From positions 1 through 53,068 of the forward strand of contig JAFGLR010000025.1 of assembly GCA_016927955.1 (NCBI GenBank): a DNA stretch of 53,068 nt, written 5' to 3'. Below, in pieces: positions 1 through 10,643 of this stretch (within the stretch, counting starts at the first letter, position 1; every line of letters starts with the position of its first letter). The translations under genes and the position numbers were made by a program. Under the pieces are notes generated by a model that did no database searches, was not told the origin of the DNA, and saw nothing but the letters and a program-made list of their open reading frames with translations. The stretch is from Dehalococcoidales bacterium. Lineage in GTDB: Bacteria > Chloroflexota > Dehalococcoidia > Dehalococcoidales > JAFGLR01.

Positions 1-90
1 AATATCGGAAGCACAATCGGGACATTTGTTGCCGGGACGAATATTATCAGAAACCTGTTCTGAGACAATCCTCAAAATCATGCCATTCAT
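1..90 (-). CDS. 5' end of an ORF running off the left edge (MNGMILRIVSEQVSDNIRPGNKCPDCASDI...); CPDC zinc-ribbon-like motif, product unknown
   Basis: ATG at 90 (alternative ATG at 81) stays open to position 1 on the minus strand. Same orientation as the glycosyltransferase, 63 nt downstream of its stop. No clear SD. Too short for the ORF track. Confidence 0.25.
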   Translation of the reverse strand, partial: MNGMILRIVSEQVSDNIRPGNKCPDCASDI

Positions 91-153
91 CTGAAAGTAC
101 AATACTTCACATTTCCGTCAGATTGGGTAATCATATATTCCTGAATTACGGGA

Positions 154-1578
154 TTATTGATTGGCAGTACATCCGGGAAATATGGAAGCGGACCGTCGCT
201 TGCTAAGTTTATACCACGGGTGAAAGCTTATTATGCAGTTTGCACAACTCTGATTATCCAGTTTAGCGTTAATAAGCATATCTATCGCCATAAGCCAATC
301 TGCAATACGGTCGGGCATAAGAAAATGCTCAGCCACATATTGTTTGCCACTCTCTCCAATTACCTTTGCAGCATCCGGTTTATCCAGAAGGTAGCTTAAT
401 GTTTGGGCAGCCTCCCGGGGAGACCGATAAAAGAAGCCCGTATCTCCCTCTCTTATTTGAAGGGGGATAGCGCCGACCTCGTCCGCGATTACCGGTTTAC
501 CCTTCCATAAAGCTTCGGTAATAACCAATCCGAAACCTTCTCTAGTGGAAGGCTGTATAATAACGTCCGCCGCTCGCTGTAGTGCATTTACCTCTTTCCA
601 ATTTGCGAGACGGTCAACTAACGAGAGGTTAAGAACGTGGATATCACTATCATCCTTCGTTTCCTCACAAATACGCGTAAAAATCCTCTCTCCCTCAGGG
701 TCATCGCTGGCAAAGCCACCGGCTAAGATTAGCTGGCATTTTTTCTCTTTTCTTACGAGCCGGTAAGCAGCTATTGTCCTGTCCAACCCTTTCCACGGGT
801 CAAAACGCCCGATCTGTGCGATAATCGGTATCCGGCGGTCAATCCCGTATCTCTCCAATACCTTATTTATTTCTTCCTGACTCAACTCACGGTTCTTTTC
901 GGATAGAGGATCGATAAAAGGTGGAATGATAAACTTCGGTAAAGACCACTGGGTAATAACATAATGTGCTGCGGTGAAGATTGCAGCATCGTAGTGTTCG
1001 AGCCAATTTTTCATGAAGTCTCGCAGGCTTGGATTGCCATCGAGTACCTCTTCCTCTATATCGATGTGGCATCGCCAAACCCACGTCTGCCCGGGTTTCT
1101 TTAGATGATAACCGAGTGCCGCCGGTTGTGGGTCATGGACAATAACCAAATCCGTATCACTATCAATTAAAGCACTACCGCTATAAGTATCCATTGCACT
1201 ACAATATGTCTTTACCATATCTGGTTGGAAGGCCATTTCCATGCCCTGTAACATGTTGTGAATACTCTTGGTACATTCGAAATATTCTTGGGAACCACTA
1301 ATAATTTTCCAATCGTTCTCAATACCCAACTCGTTTATAAAGGGAACCGCACTGTACAGCATCTCGGCAACCCCGCCGCCCGTTGCCGTGGCATTAATAT
1401 CTACTATTTTAACGTCTTTTAAACGGCCGCTAACTTCTAATAATCTTTCTATCTTCCGAGGATTAAGGATATGACTGTACTCTTTCAAAGAAGTCACTGA
1501 AATAGAATCCGCATTCCTCTTTTTACTGTAAACGGTACCGTCCGGTAAGGGGGTAGTATTACGCAACGGGTCTTTCAT
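154..1578 (-). CDS. treT: GT4-family glycosyltransferase, trehalose synthase (TreT)-like
   Basis: 474-aa ORF. The N-terminal block INATATGGGVAEML...FECTKSIHNMLQG resembles the TreT signature (NSTxxGGGVAE ... VTKxxHNxLQG) as I recall it. C-terminal GT-B motif STREGFGLVITEAL. AGGAGG lies upstream of the ATG. Confidence 0.7.
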   Translation of the reverse strand: MKDPLRNTTPLPDGTVYSKKRNADSISVTSLKEYSHILNPRKIERLLEVSGRLKDVKIVDINATATGGGVAEMLYSAVPFINELGIENDWKIISGSQEYFECTKSIHNMLQGMEMAFQPDMVKTYCSAMDTYSGSALIDSDTDLVIVHDPQPAALGYHLKKPGQTWVWRCHIDIEEEVLDGNPSLRDFMKNWLEHYDAAIFTAAHYVITQWSLPKFIIPPFIDPLSEKNRELSQEEINKVLERYGIDRRIPIIAQIGRFDPWKGLDRTIAAYRLVRKEKKCQLILAGGFASDDPEGERIFTRICEETKDDSDIHVLNLSLVDRLANWKEVNALQRAADVIIQPSTREGFGLVITEALWKGKPVIADEVGAIPLQIREGDTGFFYRSPREAAQTLSYLLDKPDAAKVIGESGKQYVAEHFLMPDRIADWLMAIDMLINAKLDNQSCANCIISFHPWYKLSKRRSASIFPGCTANQ

Positions 1579-2015
1579 GCTTCAATTACCCTCCTTATTT
1601 TCCGAGAGTCCTCTGAGCTGACACTTCGTATCGGCCTTATCTTACTTGGAAACGGAGAGAGGCGTCAACCCTTCTTACTTTACATTTCGCTGTTCCGGTC
1701 ACAACCCGTCTTTTCGTACAACAACATGGATTAAATTTAAAATAGAGGCCTGAAATATCCAAATGGAATTATCTTATGTAAAGAGCATTTGTTATTCTTA
1801 ATCACGTTCAATTCGTTTCATAAAAAGTGTATGATGTTGCACGGGCTATTATATAATACTATAATTTATCAGGTTTGAATCTAAGTTAATATAGCAACAG
1901 TACCATAAATTATTAGGCTTGAGTCGGTACAAATAGTATCAAGGAGAAATCCATAAAACAAAACAGCTACTCAAAATCGGAACGGTTAGTATTCCGAATC
2001 CCCAGTACTCAATCT

Positions 2016-3368
2016 TTGAGACTACTTTTCCAATTACCGAAGCCCGTAAATCCGCTTTCCTCGATAATTCTCCTGGCTTACGGCTTCGGTGGCGCAATAC
2101 TGGTCGGTACCATTCTGCTTATGCTCCCCATATCCAGCCAATCGGGAAATTTTACGTCTCCGGTTAATGCTCTATTCACCGCGACTTCTGCAGTGTGCGT
2201 TACCGGGCTTGTCGTCGTCGATACCGGTACATATTGGAGTACTTTCGGACAGGCAGTGCTTCTTGCTCTGTTCCAAATCGGTGGTTTTGGCTTCATAACT
2301 TTAGCTACTCTTATATTGATAACTATCGGAGGCGGATTCGGTCTGAAAGAAAGACTGGCCGTATCCGAATCACTAGGGTTGGGCCGGCTGAGCGGTATAC
2401 TTGGCATCGTCATAAAGATTGCTATTTTTTCGCTGGTGATAGAGGGAATAGGTGCCGCTATATTCTACATTCGCTGGCTAACGATCGGTGAACCGGGTGT
2501 TTCTTTATGGACTGCCGTTTTTCACGCGGTTTCGTCTTTCAATAACTGTGGGATGGACCTGTTCGGTGGTTTTAACAGCATGTCGGCTTACAGGAACGAC
2601 GCGATAGTTTTAATCACTACGGCAGCTCTAGTCATATTAGGTAGCATTGGTTATATAGTCGTAATGGAATATACGCGGAAGAGAAACTTTTTTAGGCTGT
2701 CTCTCGATAGTAAAATGATACTGATTACCGCATTTTCACTTCTAGTTCTGGGGACTCTGTTTTATTTTATTGCGGAATACGGAAATCCCGCAACTCTCGG
2801 CCCCTTATCATTCCCCCAAAAACTGATGGTAGCGTTCTTCCAATCAACTACCCCGAGGACTGCCGGATTTACGACAATTAACATCGACAGCTTGAAACAG
2901 ATTACCCTATTTTTCACGATGTTCTTAATGTTTATCGGCGGTGCGGCCGGCTCCGCTGCAGGCGGAGTGAAGGTTAACACCTTCGGTATACTCATACTCT
3001 CTGTAGTAAATACACTGCGGGGCAAGGCAAATATCGAAGCGTTCGGCAGACAGGTAACCCGGCAGACAATATATAGAGCCATAACCCTGGTAGTTTGCTA
3101 TTTACTGATGGTGAGTCTTATTGTAATTATATTATCCATAACAGAGAGGTTCCCTATCGAGCAAATTATTTTTGAGACTTTCTCAGCCATGAGTACCGTC
3201 GGCTTATCAACCGGTATCACTCCCGATTTATCCATTGCCGGAAGGGTTATAATAATAATAGCAATGCTGGTCGGCCGTTTAGGTCCTCTGGCCTTGATGA
3301 CAACACTGGCCCGGCATCAACAACCGATTGGTATTGAATATCCGCATGAGAACATAAGAATCGGCTAG
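2016..3368 (+). CDS. ktrB: K+ transporter membrane subunit (KtrB/TrkH family)
   Basis: 450-aa polytopic membrane ORF with repeated pore-loop-like segments (TAVCVTGL, FNNCGM, TPRTAGF, MSTVGLSTG) typical of TrkH/KtrB. TTG start at 2016 (start uncertain). Followed after 9 nt by the KtrA-like gene. Confidence 0.85.
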   Translation: MRLLFQLPKPVNPLSSIILLAYGFGGAILVGTILLMLPISSQSGNFTSPVNALFTATSAVCVTGLVVVDTGTYWSTFGQAVLLALFQIGGFGFITLATLILITIGGGFGLKERLAVSESLGLGRLSGILGIVIKIAIFSLVIEGIGAAIFYIRWLTIGEPGVSLWTAVFHAVSSFNNCGMDLFGGFNSMSAYRNDAIVLITTAALVILGSIGYIVVMEYTRKRNFFRLSLDSKMILITAFSLLVLGTLFYFIAEYGNPATLGPLSFPQKLMVAFFQSTTPRTAGFTTINIDSLKQITLFFTMFLMFIGGAAGSAAGGVKVNTFGILILSVVNTLRGKANIEAFGRQVTRQTIYRAITLVVCYLLMVSLIVIILSITERFPIEQIIFETFSAMSTVGLSTGITPDLSIAGRVIIIIAMLVGRLGPLALMTTLARHQQPIGIEYPHENIRIG

Positions 3369-3377
3369 GAGAATAAA

Positions 3378-4094
3378 ATGAGTAAACAAGTCGCAGTTAT
3401 CGGACTGGGAAGATTCGGTACAAGTCTGGCACTTGCGTTGCATGACGCGGGTTATGAAGTTCTGGCAATAGACAGAGTGTCGAACCTAGTTGATAATGTC
3501 GCACCGCACGTTACCCACGCCGTTCGGACAGATGCAACTAACGAATCATCTCTGCAAAAACTCGGCATTAGCGGTTTTAACGTTGCTGTCGTTACCATCG
3601 GAGACGCGATTCAAGAAAGCGTGATGATTACCATTTTGTTGAAAAAAATGGGGGTCCGTTACATCGTAGCCAGAGCGGATAACGAGTTACACGGCGAAAT
3701 CCTGACGAGTATCGGGGCAGACAAAGTAATCTTCCCTGAAAAGGATACCGCTTTGCGTTCCGCACCTATTTTAACCATGAAAGGCGTGTATGATTTTATC
3801 TCTCTGGGTGACGGTTCTGGTATCGTAAAAGCTAAAGCAACGCCCTATTTTATCGGAAAAACACTCGAGGATATCGGGTTTAGCTTCGGTAAGAGAAGCG
3901 GTATAGTGGTCCTCATGATACAACGCGGCAAAGAAGCAATTATTAACCCAAGCGCCGCCGAAGTCGTCAGCCACTTAGATTTCCTGATAATGGCAGGAAA
4001 TAATATCGATATCGATAAGCTGCTGGAAAAAGCTGAAAAATCCGAGGAAAAATCATCGCAGCAAGCTGCCAAAGAGGGTAACAACAAAGGCTGA
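3378..4094 (+). CDS. ktrA: K+ uptake regulatory subunit, RCK/TrkA-N plus TrkA-C domains (KtrA-like)
   Basis: 238 aa. Rossmann motif VAVIGLGRFGTSLA at the N-terminus. Size and position after ktrB fit KtrA. Lys/Glu-rich C-terminal tail. Confidence 0.85.
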   Translation: MSKQVAVIGLGRFGTSLALALHDAGYEVLAIDRVSNLVDNVAPHVTHAVRTDATNESSLQKLGISGFNVAVVTIGDAIQESVMITILLKKMGVRYIVARADNELHGEILTSIGADKVIFPEKDTALRSAPILTMKGVYDFISLGDGSGIVKAKATPYFIGKTLEDIGFSFGKRSGIVVLMIQRGKEAIINPSAAEVVSHLDFLIMAGNNIDIDKLLEKAEKSEEKSSQQAAKEGNNKG

Positions 4095-4311
4095 TTTACC
4101 AGGCGGCAGACAAATATCTGAGTTTGGTTGTAGAGCCAATGCCTGATACCTCTTGATATCTTATCACGGTAAAGATACACACGATGATAAGTAAATCCGA
4201 GAGTTATAAAAATGCAGCAGCGAAGGAACTCCCGCCCAAAATATGGTTTCTGCGGCTAAGAAATGGGGTTTTCAAATTATCTTGCTGTTAATACTACATG
4301 ACCCTGGCTAT

Positions 4312-5382
4312 TTACTTATTTAACCTCAACGCTTGTGTACTCAAGCGCTTTACTATGTTCATGACGACTATCCCCATAACCACAACAATAGCGGTTAGTA
4401 TTCCTACGTAGAGAGCCACCGACGCGAAACCGGCTCCTAGAACGGTTAAATCAGTAACCGGCCTGATGATATAGTACGTCGGGAAAATATAACCTATCCA
4501 CGAAGGTATCTGAGGAAACATGAAAATAAAGGCTGGGCCAAAGAGTAAAAGCCCCCCGAATTTCCAGAAAGCAAAGAGGGTATTGATATCCTTTACATAA
4601 GCGCCCACTAATAAGCCGATCTCTGCGGCCAATATAGCCCCGAGTGCGAGTACCCCTACTAAGGCAAGGGGAGAACCGCCGAAGCTGGTACTGATAGCTA
4701 GAGTAAGGACGCCCATAATTATTGCCAGGACAGCCCCGACGACACCTTTGGCCGTAAAGATATCGCTGATGGTTGCCGGGGTGACGTTAAGGGCTTCAAG
4801 AGTCTGGCGTTGCTTTTCGTGGATCAGCGATGAAGCTGGTATCATCATCCCTCCGAAGAAGACCGCTAACAGTATCGTCAACGGTAGCAGACGGTCGCTC
4901 CAGGGAAGGCTGGACTTATCACCTAACGGTACAGATTCAATATTCACCGGCAGTTCTGAGCCTGTCAATTCCCGCAAGGCATCGCTTAAGGCCAGCGGGA
5001 TAATCGTACGGTTTTTAGCCAGACTTTCGCCCCAGATATAGGCTTTAAGATTAACCGTTTTCGCCGCCAGTTTAATATCGAAATCAGACGGTAAAACGAT
5101 GCCCATATCCACGGCTCCATTAGCCGCAGCCGCCCTCAAATCGGCCTCATTCTGATAAGCCTTAACACTCATGCTGTCCGAGGATTCCAGGATTGGAGTA
5201 ATCGATGAGTTACCTTCATCATAAACCCCGAGCTTGGCGCGGTCTGTAAAAATATCACCGAAAGCAAGGCTGACGAAAAGTGCGAGCAATATCGGAAGAA
5301 CTACGGCCATGACAAGGACAATATCTTTAGGCCCGTGAAAGACCTCGTTTTTCACCAGCGTCCAGATACGTTTCAAGCTCAT
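4312..5382 (-). CDS. ABC-2 type transporter permease
   Basis: Polytopic membrane ORF. I prefer the internal ATG (MSLKRIWTLVKNE...) because it forms an ATGA overlap with the stop of the upstream permease gene. The 31-codon N-terminal extension in the track (to 5475) is out of character. Confidence 0.8.
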   Translation of the reverse strand: MSLKRIWTLVKNEVFHGPKDIVLVMAVVLPILLALFVSLAFGDIFTDRAKLGVYDEGNSSITPILESSDSMSVKAYQNEADLRAAAANGAVDMGIVLPSDFDIKLAAKTVNLKAYIWGESLAKNRTIIPLALSDALRELTGSELPVNIESVPLGDKSSLPWSDRLLPLTILLAVFFGGMMIPASSLIHEKQRQTLEALNVTPATISDIFTAKGVVGAVLAIIMGVLTLAISTSFGGSPLALVGVLALGAILAAEIGLLVGAYVKDINTLFAFWKFGGLLLFGPAFIFMFPQIPSWIGYIFPTYYIIRPVTDLTVLGAGFASVALYVGILTAIVVVMGIVVMNIVKRLSTQALRLNK

Positions 5383-6437
5383 CGGTAGCGCCTCCTCAAT
5401 GTCATCATCCCCGCAATAAAAACCACGGTGGTAAAACCTGCCAAAATCGCCAGGTTCAGTCCGATATCTCCCCATCCTGCACCGTAGTTTGCCACCCGGC
5501 TTACCGTATCAGTCAGATAGAAAGAAGGTATTACCTTAGCCCAATCGGATACCAGCCCCGGTATTACTACCCCGAATCCCGGGACAGCCAAGAGGATTAA
5601 TATCAACATACCCCAACCGGTCACGGCCGTAACATCACGCGTGGCCGCAGCCAGTAAAAAGCCAACGCCGACAGCCATAAGACTACCGACAAAAAGAGCC
5701 GCCAGGATTATGAAAGGTTCGTGGCTGAATCCGCCAACCAGTGCCATGAACAGTACTGCCTGTCCTAAGGCCAGTACAATACCCAGCAACCCCTTTGCCA
5801 GAAAAAGCTCGGAGATACGCAGGGGCGTTACTAGCAGCGCCCGAGCGGTACCCTGCTCTATTTCCACCGCAATGAGGCTTGCCAGCGTCAATATTTCCAC
5901 CAGCAGGATAAACACAACAAGGAGCGGCCTTATACGGTCCCGGAGGGCTATCTGATTGCCAAGCATATCGGGGCCAAGAATCTCCTCGGTGGTTTCAAAA
6001 TTAAGAGCCTGCCCCGTTTGTGCGTACGAAAGTTCTTTAACCAGTGCTACAACGGCCGCATTTATTTCTGAGGGTGCCGTGGACGAGTAATAGACAGTTA
6101 TATCCGGTTTATCACCGGCCAACCACGTTTCTATAATATCGGCTGGGAGAACAATGGCTACCTGGTAGTTACCATCGAGTACGGCCTGCTTCAGTGCTTC
6201 TTCGCTGGAAAATAGCTCGATATCGGTGCCCTCGTGTTCCGTGAGTTGAGTAAAGGAGGGAGGCACAACCGGAGCATATATCGCCAAGCTCAGTTTCTCA
6301 TCTGTTTGTGCCGGAAGTATGAAATATATTCCGATATAAAATACTAATCCAACAACTGTTATAAGCATGTAAAAGCGATTACTCATAAAAAGGGCGGTGT
6401 CTTTTTTCAGTAAGGCTTTAATAACCTGAGGGTTCAT
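5379..6437 (-). CDS. ABC-2 type transporter permease
   Basis: 352 aa. One N-terminal TM helix, a large extracytoplasmic loop, then 5 to 6 TM helices. 4-nt overlap with the ATPase gene stop. Confidence 0.8.
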   Translation of the reverse strand: MNPQVIKALLKKDTALFMSNRFYMLITVVGLVFYIGIYFILPAQTDEKLSLAIYAPVVPPSFTQLTEHEGTDIELFSSEEALKQAVLDGNYQVAIVLPADIIETWLAGDKPDITVYYSSTAPSEINAAVVALVKELSYAQTGQALNFETTEEILGPDMLGNQIALRDRIRPLLVVFILLVEILTLASLIAVEIEQGTARALLVTPLRISELFLAKGLLGIVLALGQAVLFMALVGGFSHEPFIILAALFVGSLMAVGVGFLLAAATRDVTAVTGWGMLILILLAVPGFGVVIPGLVSDWAKVIPSFYLTDTVSRVANYGAGWGDIGLNLAILAGFTTVVFIAGMMTLRRRYR

Positions 6438-7297
6438 TCGGTAAGCCTCCGGCCGGTCACCTTGATGAAAATATCTTCCAGGGTAGCCTCTTCGCTATGG
6501 AGGGTGACCACTTTTTCCCGCTGGAAAAGTTCTGCAACAGCGCCGGAAGTACCGGGTGTATCCATATCGATTTCACGCTTTTCTAATCCTGTTCCGACGG
6601 CAACTTCTGCAATAATCGAGCGCTTACCATAGAGTTGTTTAAGATTGTGAGGGGTATCCAGAGCTACTATTTTCCCTTTTTCCATAAACGCCACACGGTG
6701 GCACAGCTTATCCGCTTCCCACATATCATGGGTCGTCAGGAAAACCGTCGCTCCGCGGTCCCGCTCTTCCAGTATGATATTACCAATGGCTTCCGATGAT
6801 ACCGGGTCCAGGCCGGCAGTAGGTTCGTCCAAAAATATAATTTGGGGTTTATTTACCAGAGAACGGGCTACCATCAGCCGCTGCTTCATGCCTTTAGAAT
6901 ACCCTGAGACTTTGTCCTTTTCGCGTCCCGCCAATCCAACACGTTCCAATAGAGCATAACCATTAAAATTCTTAATGCCGAAAAGCTCGCTAAAAAGCTG
7001 TAGGTTATCTATGGCACTCATTTGCTCGTAAAGGTTTGTCTGCTCGAAACAAACGCCTATCTGTTCTCGTACCCTGCGAGTTTCTTTAACAATATCGTGT
7101 CCCAAGAGGATAGCCTTTCCCTCCAGCGGTTTTAATTGCCCGGTAAGCATTTTTACGGTGGTTGTTTTTCCGGCACCGTTAGGACCCAAAAAACCTAATA
7201 TTTCGCCTTCCCCAACTTCAAAGGAAACATGGTCTACCGCCGTCAGGTTCCCGTAATTATAAGTTAAGTCCTGAACAATAATTGATTTTTCAGACAT
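6434..7297 (-). CDS. ABC transporter ATP-binding protein
   Basis: Walker A GPNGAGKTT, signature-like YSKGMKQRL, Walker B IIFLDEPTAGLD, H-loop TTHDM. Confidence 0.95.
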   Translation of the reverse strand: MSEKSIIVQDLTYNYGNLTAVDHVSFEVGEGEILGFLGPNGAGKTTTVKMLTGQLKPLEGKAILLGHDIVKETRRVREQIGVCFEQTNLYEQMSAIDNLQLFSELFGIKNFNGYALLERVGLAGREKDKVSGYSKGMKQRLMVARSLVNKPQIIFLDEPTAGLDPVSSEAIGNIILEERDRGATVFLTTHDMWEADKLCHRVAFMEKGKIVALDTPHNLKQLYGKRSIIAEVAVGTGLEKREIDMDTPGTSGAVAELFQREKVVTLHSEEATLEDIFIKVTGRRLTE

Positions 7298-7300
7298 AAT

Positions 7301-7909
7301 TTACCCATCCTTATTGTTGAAGATGTCGATATCCTTCGTAACAAAACCATGAAGCATTATCCTGCTTAGCTGTTGAATAAGCATCGGTTTTTCCGTGAAA
7401 CTCTGCGCGATATCTTGCCGGCTGCTCAAACCAGCCTTTAGAATATCGACATAAATTGCTAATACGTCGATATCTACCGAAGCATCAACATAACCTTTCT
7501 CTTTACCTTCTGCCAGCATTCGCATCCATAAAGGCTTGATTTCGTTATTATATATCTCATCGATGTAAGGAGCCGTATTTTTATCCTGTGTTACAATCTT
7601 TTTCAGAATTTCACTATTTAACTCCGAAGCCATATCCATTTTTGCATTCATAATACCTAAAAGTTTTTGTGGGAAAGGTATTGCCGAATTAACAATTTCC
7701 TTACTTCTTTCTATACCTTCTCTCATCAGTACTTTGACAACTTCAAATAATAATGCTTCCCGAGTACCAAAATAGTTATAAATAGTAGTCGGCGATACAC
7801 CTGCTTCAACTGCAATACTCTCCAGGCTGACTCTTTTAATATTATGAGTCCGCCGGAAGAGTAAAACTGCAGCATCAATAATCTTTTGCCACTTATTTGT
7901 ACGCTTCAT
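7301..7909 (-). CDS. TetR/AcrR family transcriptional regulator
   Basis: 202 aa. N-terminal HTH (VSLESIAVEAGVSPTTIYNYFGTREAL). First gene of the TetR-ABC operon. Confidence 0.9.
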   Translation of the reverse strand: MKRTNKWQKIIDAAVLLFRRTHNIKRVSLESIAVEAGVSPTTIYNYFGTREALLFEVVKVLMREGIERSKEIVNSAIPFPQKLLGIMNAKMDMASELNSEILKKIVTQDKNTAPYIDEIYNNEIKPLWMRMLAEGKEKGYVDASVDIDVLAIYVDILKAGLSSRQDIAQSFTEKPMLIQQLSRIMLHGFVTKDIDIFNNKDG

Positions 7910-7933
7910 AAATTCACTTCATATTGTAGTTTA

Positions 7934-7948
7934 GTAGTATATTACTAC
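7934..7948. promoter_or_regulatory. Perfect 6-3-6 inverted repeat GTAGTA-TAT-TACTAC, candidate TetR operator
   Basis: Lies 25 nt upstream of the TetR start codon (7909). An additional half-site-like TGTAGT sits at 7925..7930. TetR regulators typically autoregulate through such palindromes. Confidence 0.45.
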
Positions 7949-8090
7949 ATTACTATACGTATGTCAATAATTCAACGCAGATTATTAATTCGTTTATAAA
8001 GATAAACCATTACTGTCCTTTGTCCCAAGTTGCCGAATTCTGACTTAGTTAAACCAACCCACAGCGATATCCAGTTGCACTGGCTAAGCT

Positions 8091-8774
8091 TTATACTTTT
8101 TCCTTGAGAACATAACCATAACCCCGCAGAGCATGAATTAAATTATCTTCTCCCTGGGTATTTAGTTTTTTCCTCAAGAAGTTTATGTAAACCTTAACGG
8201 GGTCAGTCTCCCTTTCGTATTCATCGCCCCAAACCTTTGCCAATATCACTTCCCGCCGTATAGGCCTGCCGGAATTCTCTGACAGTAATTTTAGAATATC
8301 GAACTCTCTCGTGGTCAATTCAACCGGCCGACTTCCCCGGTATACCTGGCGGCGTTTTGTATCTACTTTCAGGTCACCGACCTGAATAATTTCACCGACA
8401 GCAGCATTTTTCCGCCGTAGTACCGAACGGATTCTGGCTACTAATTCTTCAAACGCGAAAGGCTTTGATATATAATCATCTGCTCCTGCCTCTAACCCCA
8501 GCACGCGGTCCCCTACCGTATGCCGGACGGAAAGAAAAATAATTCCGATATCCCCCCAAGAACTCAATTCCCGGCAAACATCGATGCCGTCCGTATCCGG
8601 AAGTTTCATTTCCAAAATAACAACATCCGGCTTACCTGATTTTGCTGCCTCCAGTCCCTGCAGTCCAGTAAAAGATACCCTGACATCGTATTTTTTTTGA
8701 GACAGCCCCCGTTTAATAAAATCTGCGTCGTTTACGTCATCTTCGATAACCAGTATCTTAGCCTGGCCTTCCAT
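8091..8774 (-). CDS. OmpR/PhoB-family response regulator (receiver plus winged-helix), no adjacent kinase
   Basis: 227 aa. Receiver motifs ILVIEDD, DVVILEMKLPDTDG, and K in SKPF. C-terminal Trans_reg_C-like LTTREFDILKLL...GYGY. Confidence 0.9.
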   Translation of the reverse strand: MEGQAKILVIEDDVNDADFIKRGLSQKKYDVRVSFTGLQGLEAAKSGKPDVVILEMKLPDTDGIDVCRELSSWGDIGIIFLSVRHTVGDRVLGLEAGADDYISKPFAFEELVARIRSVLRRKNAAVGEIIQVGDLKVDTKRRQVYRGSRPVELTTREFDILKLLSENSGRPIRREVILAKVWGDEYERETDPVKVYINFLRKKLNTQGEDNLIHALRGYGYVLKEKV

Positions 8775-9030
8775 AAATAACCCTCCTTGTTGTTTTCAAT
8801 CGTTATCTGCAAAGCTGTCGTAAAATAGTGTCTTTATAACAATCAAATAATATATACCTTTTTTATACCTATTTTTATCTTTTATTTAACTTTATTTAAA
8901 CCATATTTTAACACTAATCTGATAATATTTATACCATACAAAAAATAAATAATATATGGTTATCTGAGTTATATTACGGTTACGGATTAATTTTCCGGAT
9001 AACGTTGGATTTTAGCGTAGCAGGTAGTCT

Positions 9031-9918
9031 GTGCTTGAGAAGATATTAATAACCATAGGGCTTTCCACACCAGTTTGGACTATATTTCCTTACGTTCAGT
9101 ATCTGGCTAGATATTTTAGTTCCGAATTGCATTTATTAGGTATTTCTACCAGGCCACAGCAGGTCTGGGACAATTCGCTGACAGGCTATATAAATAATTG
9201 GACCGCGCAGTTAAAAGAGAATAATATTCCATTTAAGACAGATTTTATACACGGTAACCCTGCCGTTGAAACTGTAAAATACGTTTACAAATGGGGTATT
9301 AACCTTATTACCACATCTATCTTTAAAAATAACGAAATAACCTGTACCATTCTAACCAATATTGCCCAAAAAATGGGTATCCGCGCCAGTTTTCCTTTAT
9401 TATTAATACCGCCCGGCAGTTTTAAAGAGTCCAATGTACTAACCCGCCCTACTATTAAAAAAATATTAGTACCGATGGATTGCCCGGAGGCCGGTGAAGC
9501 AGTTATCCCATACATTAAAGCAATGGCCGGTAGACTGAATAGTTCAGTCACTCTGCTGCATGTAAGTCGTCCACCTCCCCGACCTGTACCCGTAGTTCAA
9601 AGTGAGGTGGTCAGCATATCACAGGCAGTCGGCAAGGAATACCTGCAAAAAATCAACCGGTACCTCCAAAGCGAAGGTATCGCAGCTAATTCGGAAGTAA
9701 TTGACGGACTCCCGGCCAAAACAATTTTGAAATACGCCAAACAGAATAAATTTGATTTAATAGCTATGAGCACTCAGTATTCAGCCGGCGTCGGAGACCG
9801 ACTCTTCGGCAATACAACTAGTAAAGTGATTGAAAAGGCCGATATTCCCGTTCTTACGATGAGTTACCCGGCATTGAAAGGATTAAGTACGGAGGCCTTA
9901 GAGGGGGTTATTCTATGA
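9031..9918 (+). CDS. Tandem universal stress protein (two UspA domains)
   Basis: 295 aa. The second half carries KKILVPMDCPEAGEAV...LLHV...DLIAMSTQ...G.TTSKVIEKADIPVLT, typical of USP. GTG start at 9031 (uncertain). Confidence 0.7.
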   Translation: MLEKILITIGLSTPVWTIFPYVQYLARYFSSELHLLGISTRPQQVWDNSLTGYINNWTAQLKENNIPFKTDFIHGNPAVETVKYVYKWGINLITTSIFKNNEITCTILTNIAQKMGIRASFPLLLIPPGSFKESNVLTRPTIKKILVPMDCPEAGEAVIPYIKAMAGRLNSSVTLLHVSRPPPRPVPVVQSEVVSISQAVGKEYLQKINRYLQSEGIAANSEVIDGLPAKTILKYAKQNKFDLIAMSTQYSAGVGDRLFGNTTSKVIEKADIPVLTMSYPALKGLSTEALEGVIL

Positions 9919-10037
9919 CTCCCGGGGGAGTTAAATATAACTCATACTATCAAGTCATTATTAAATTAGAGAATTACAGTTTATTTCACTTAAAAATGAT
10001 TATACATTAAGGTAAAACAAGGAGAAACAATCCTGAT

Positions 10038-10643
10038 ATGGAAAAGCCTGCAGGTAAAAAAAAGAGAGTAGCACTGGGCAGGACAGGGAGGACGGCCCGG
10101 GCGATTCAATTTGTTATTCTGTTCGCTTTTTGGGTTATGCTAACAGGCCGATATGAACTTAAATATCTTCTGATAGGTATAGCGGCCGCTGCCTTAGTGA
10201 CTTATTTGACCGGCGACCTGATATATAAACCCAGCCGCAGAAAGACCCCTGTCCCGGGAGCCGGTTTCGTTCTGCGAAGTGCCTGGCACCTGTTATTATA
10301 TATTCCCTGGCTGGTCCGGGCAATTATAAAAGCTAACATTCAGGTGGCAATAATAATTATCAAACCAAAAATGCCGATAGACCCGGTGAATCTTCAGTTT
10401 AAGACCGGCTTAAAAAATAAAGTGGCTTTAGTAACCCTGGCTAACTCGATTACCCTGACTCCGGGTACGATTACGGTGTTACTGGAAAAGGATACTTATA
10501 CGGTTCACTGTCTCAGGAGTGATTATGCCTCTGACCTGGAGACAGCCGTAATGCAAAATAAAGTCGGTAAAGTATTTGAGACCAAACCGGATACACCGCC
10601 GGAATGTACCTGGAAATACTCGATTAAGGAAACAAAGCTATGA
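10038..10643 (+). CDS. mrpE: Na+/H+ antiporter subunit E (MrpE/MnhE, MbhA-like)
   Basis: 201 aa with N-terminal TM helices. First of 11 overlapping or abutting genes. The PGT(I/L)TV block (SITLTPGTITV) is typical of MnhE. Confidence 0.8.
   Translation: MEKPAGKKKRVALGRTGRTARAIQFVILFAFWVMLTGRYELKYLLIGIAAAALVTYLTGDLIYKPSRRKTPVPGAGFVLRSAWHLLLYIPWLVRAIIKANIQVAIIIIKPKMPIDPVNLQFKTGLKNKVALVTLANSITLTPGTITVLLEKDTYTVHCLRSDYASDLETAVMQNKVGKVFETKPDTPPECTWKYSIKETKL

Noticed and set aside
1579-2015. Possible c-di-AMP (ydaO-type) riboswitch in the 437-bp leader of ktrB.
   Set aside because: I could not find the conserved ydaO-type blocks (GGGGA..CCC, CCGAACCCG.CAGCUAACCUCGUAAGC) on the plus strand. Only a short TCGGAA/TTCCGA hairpin is present. 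A covariance-model scan would be needed to exclude it fully.
4312-5475. Longest-ORF starts given by the track for several genes: 4312..5475, 18827..20098, 26925.., 28182.., 31914..32669, 40940.., 51554..52876.
   Set aside because: - Internal ATG codons have properly spaced GGAGG-type SD sequences or ATGA stop/start overlaps.
- The N-terminal extensions are non-conserved-looking and in some cases run into the upstream gene.
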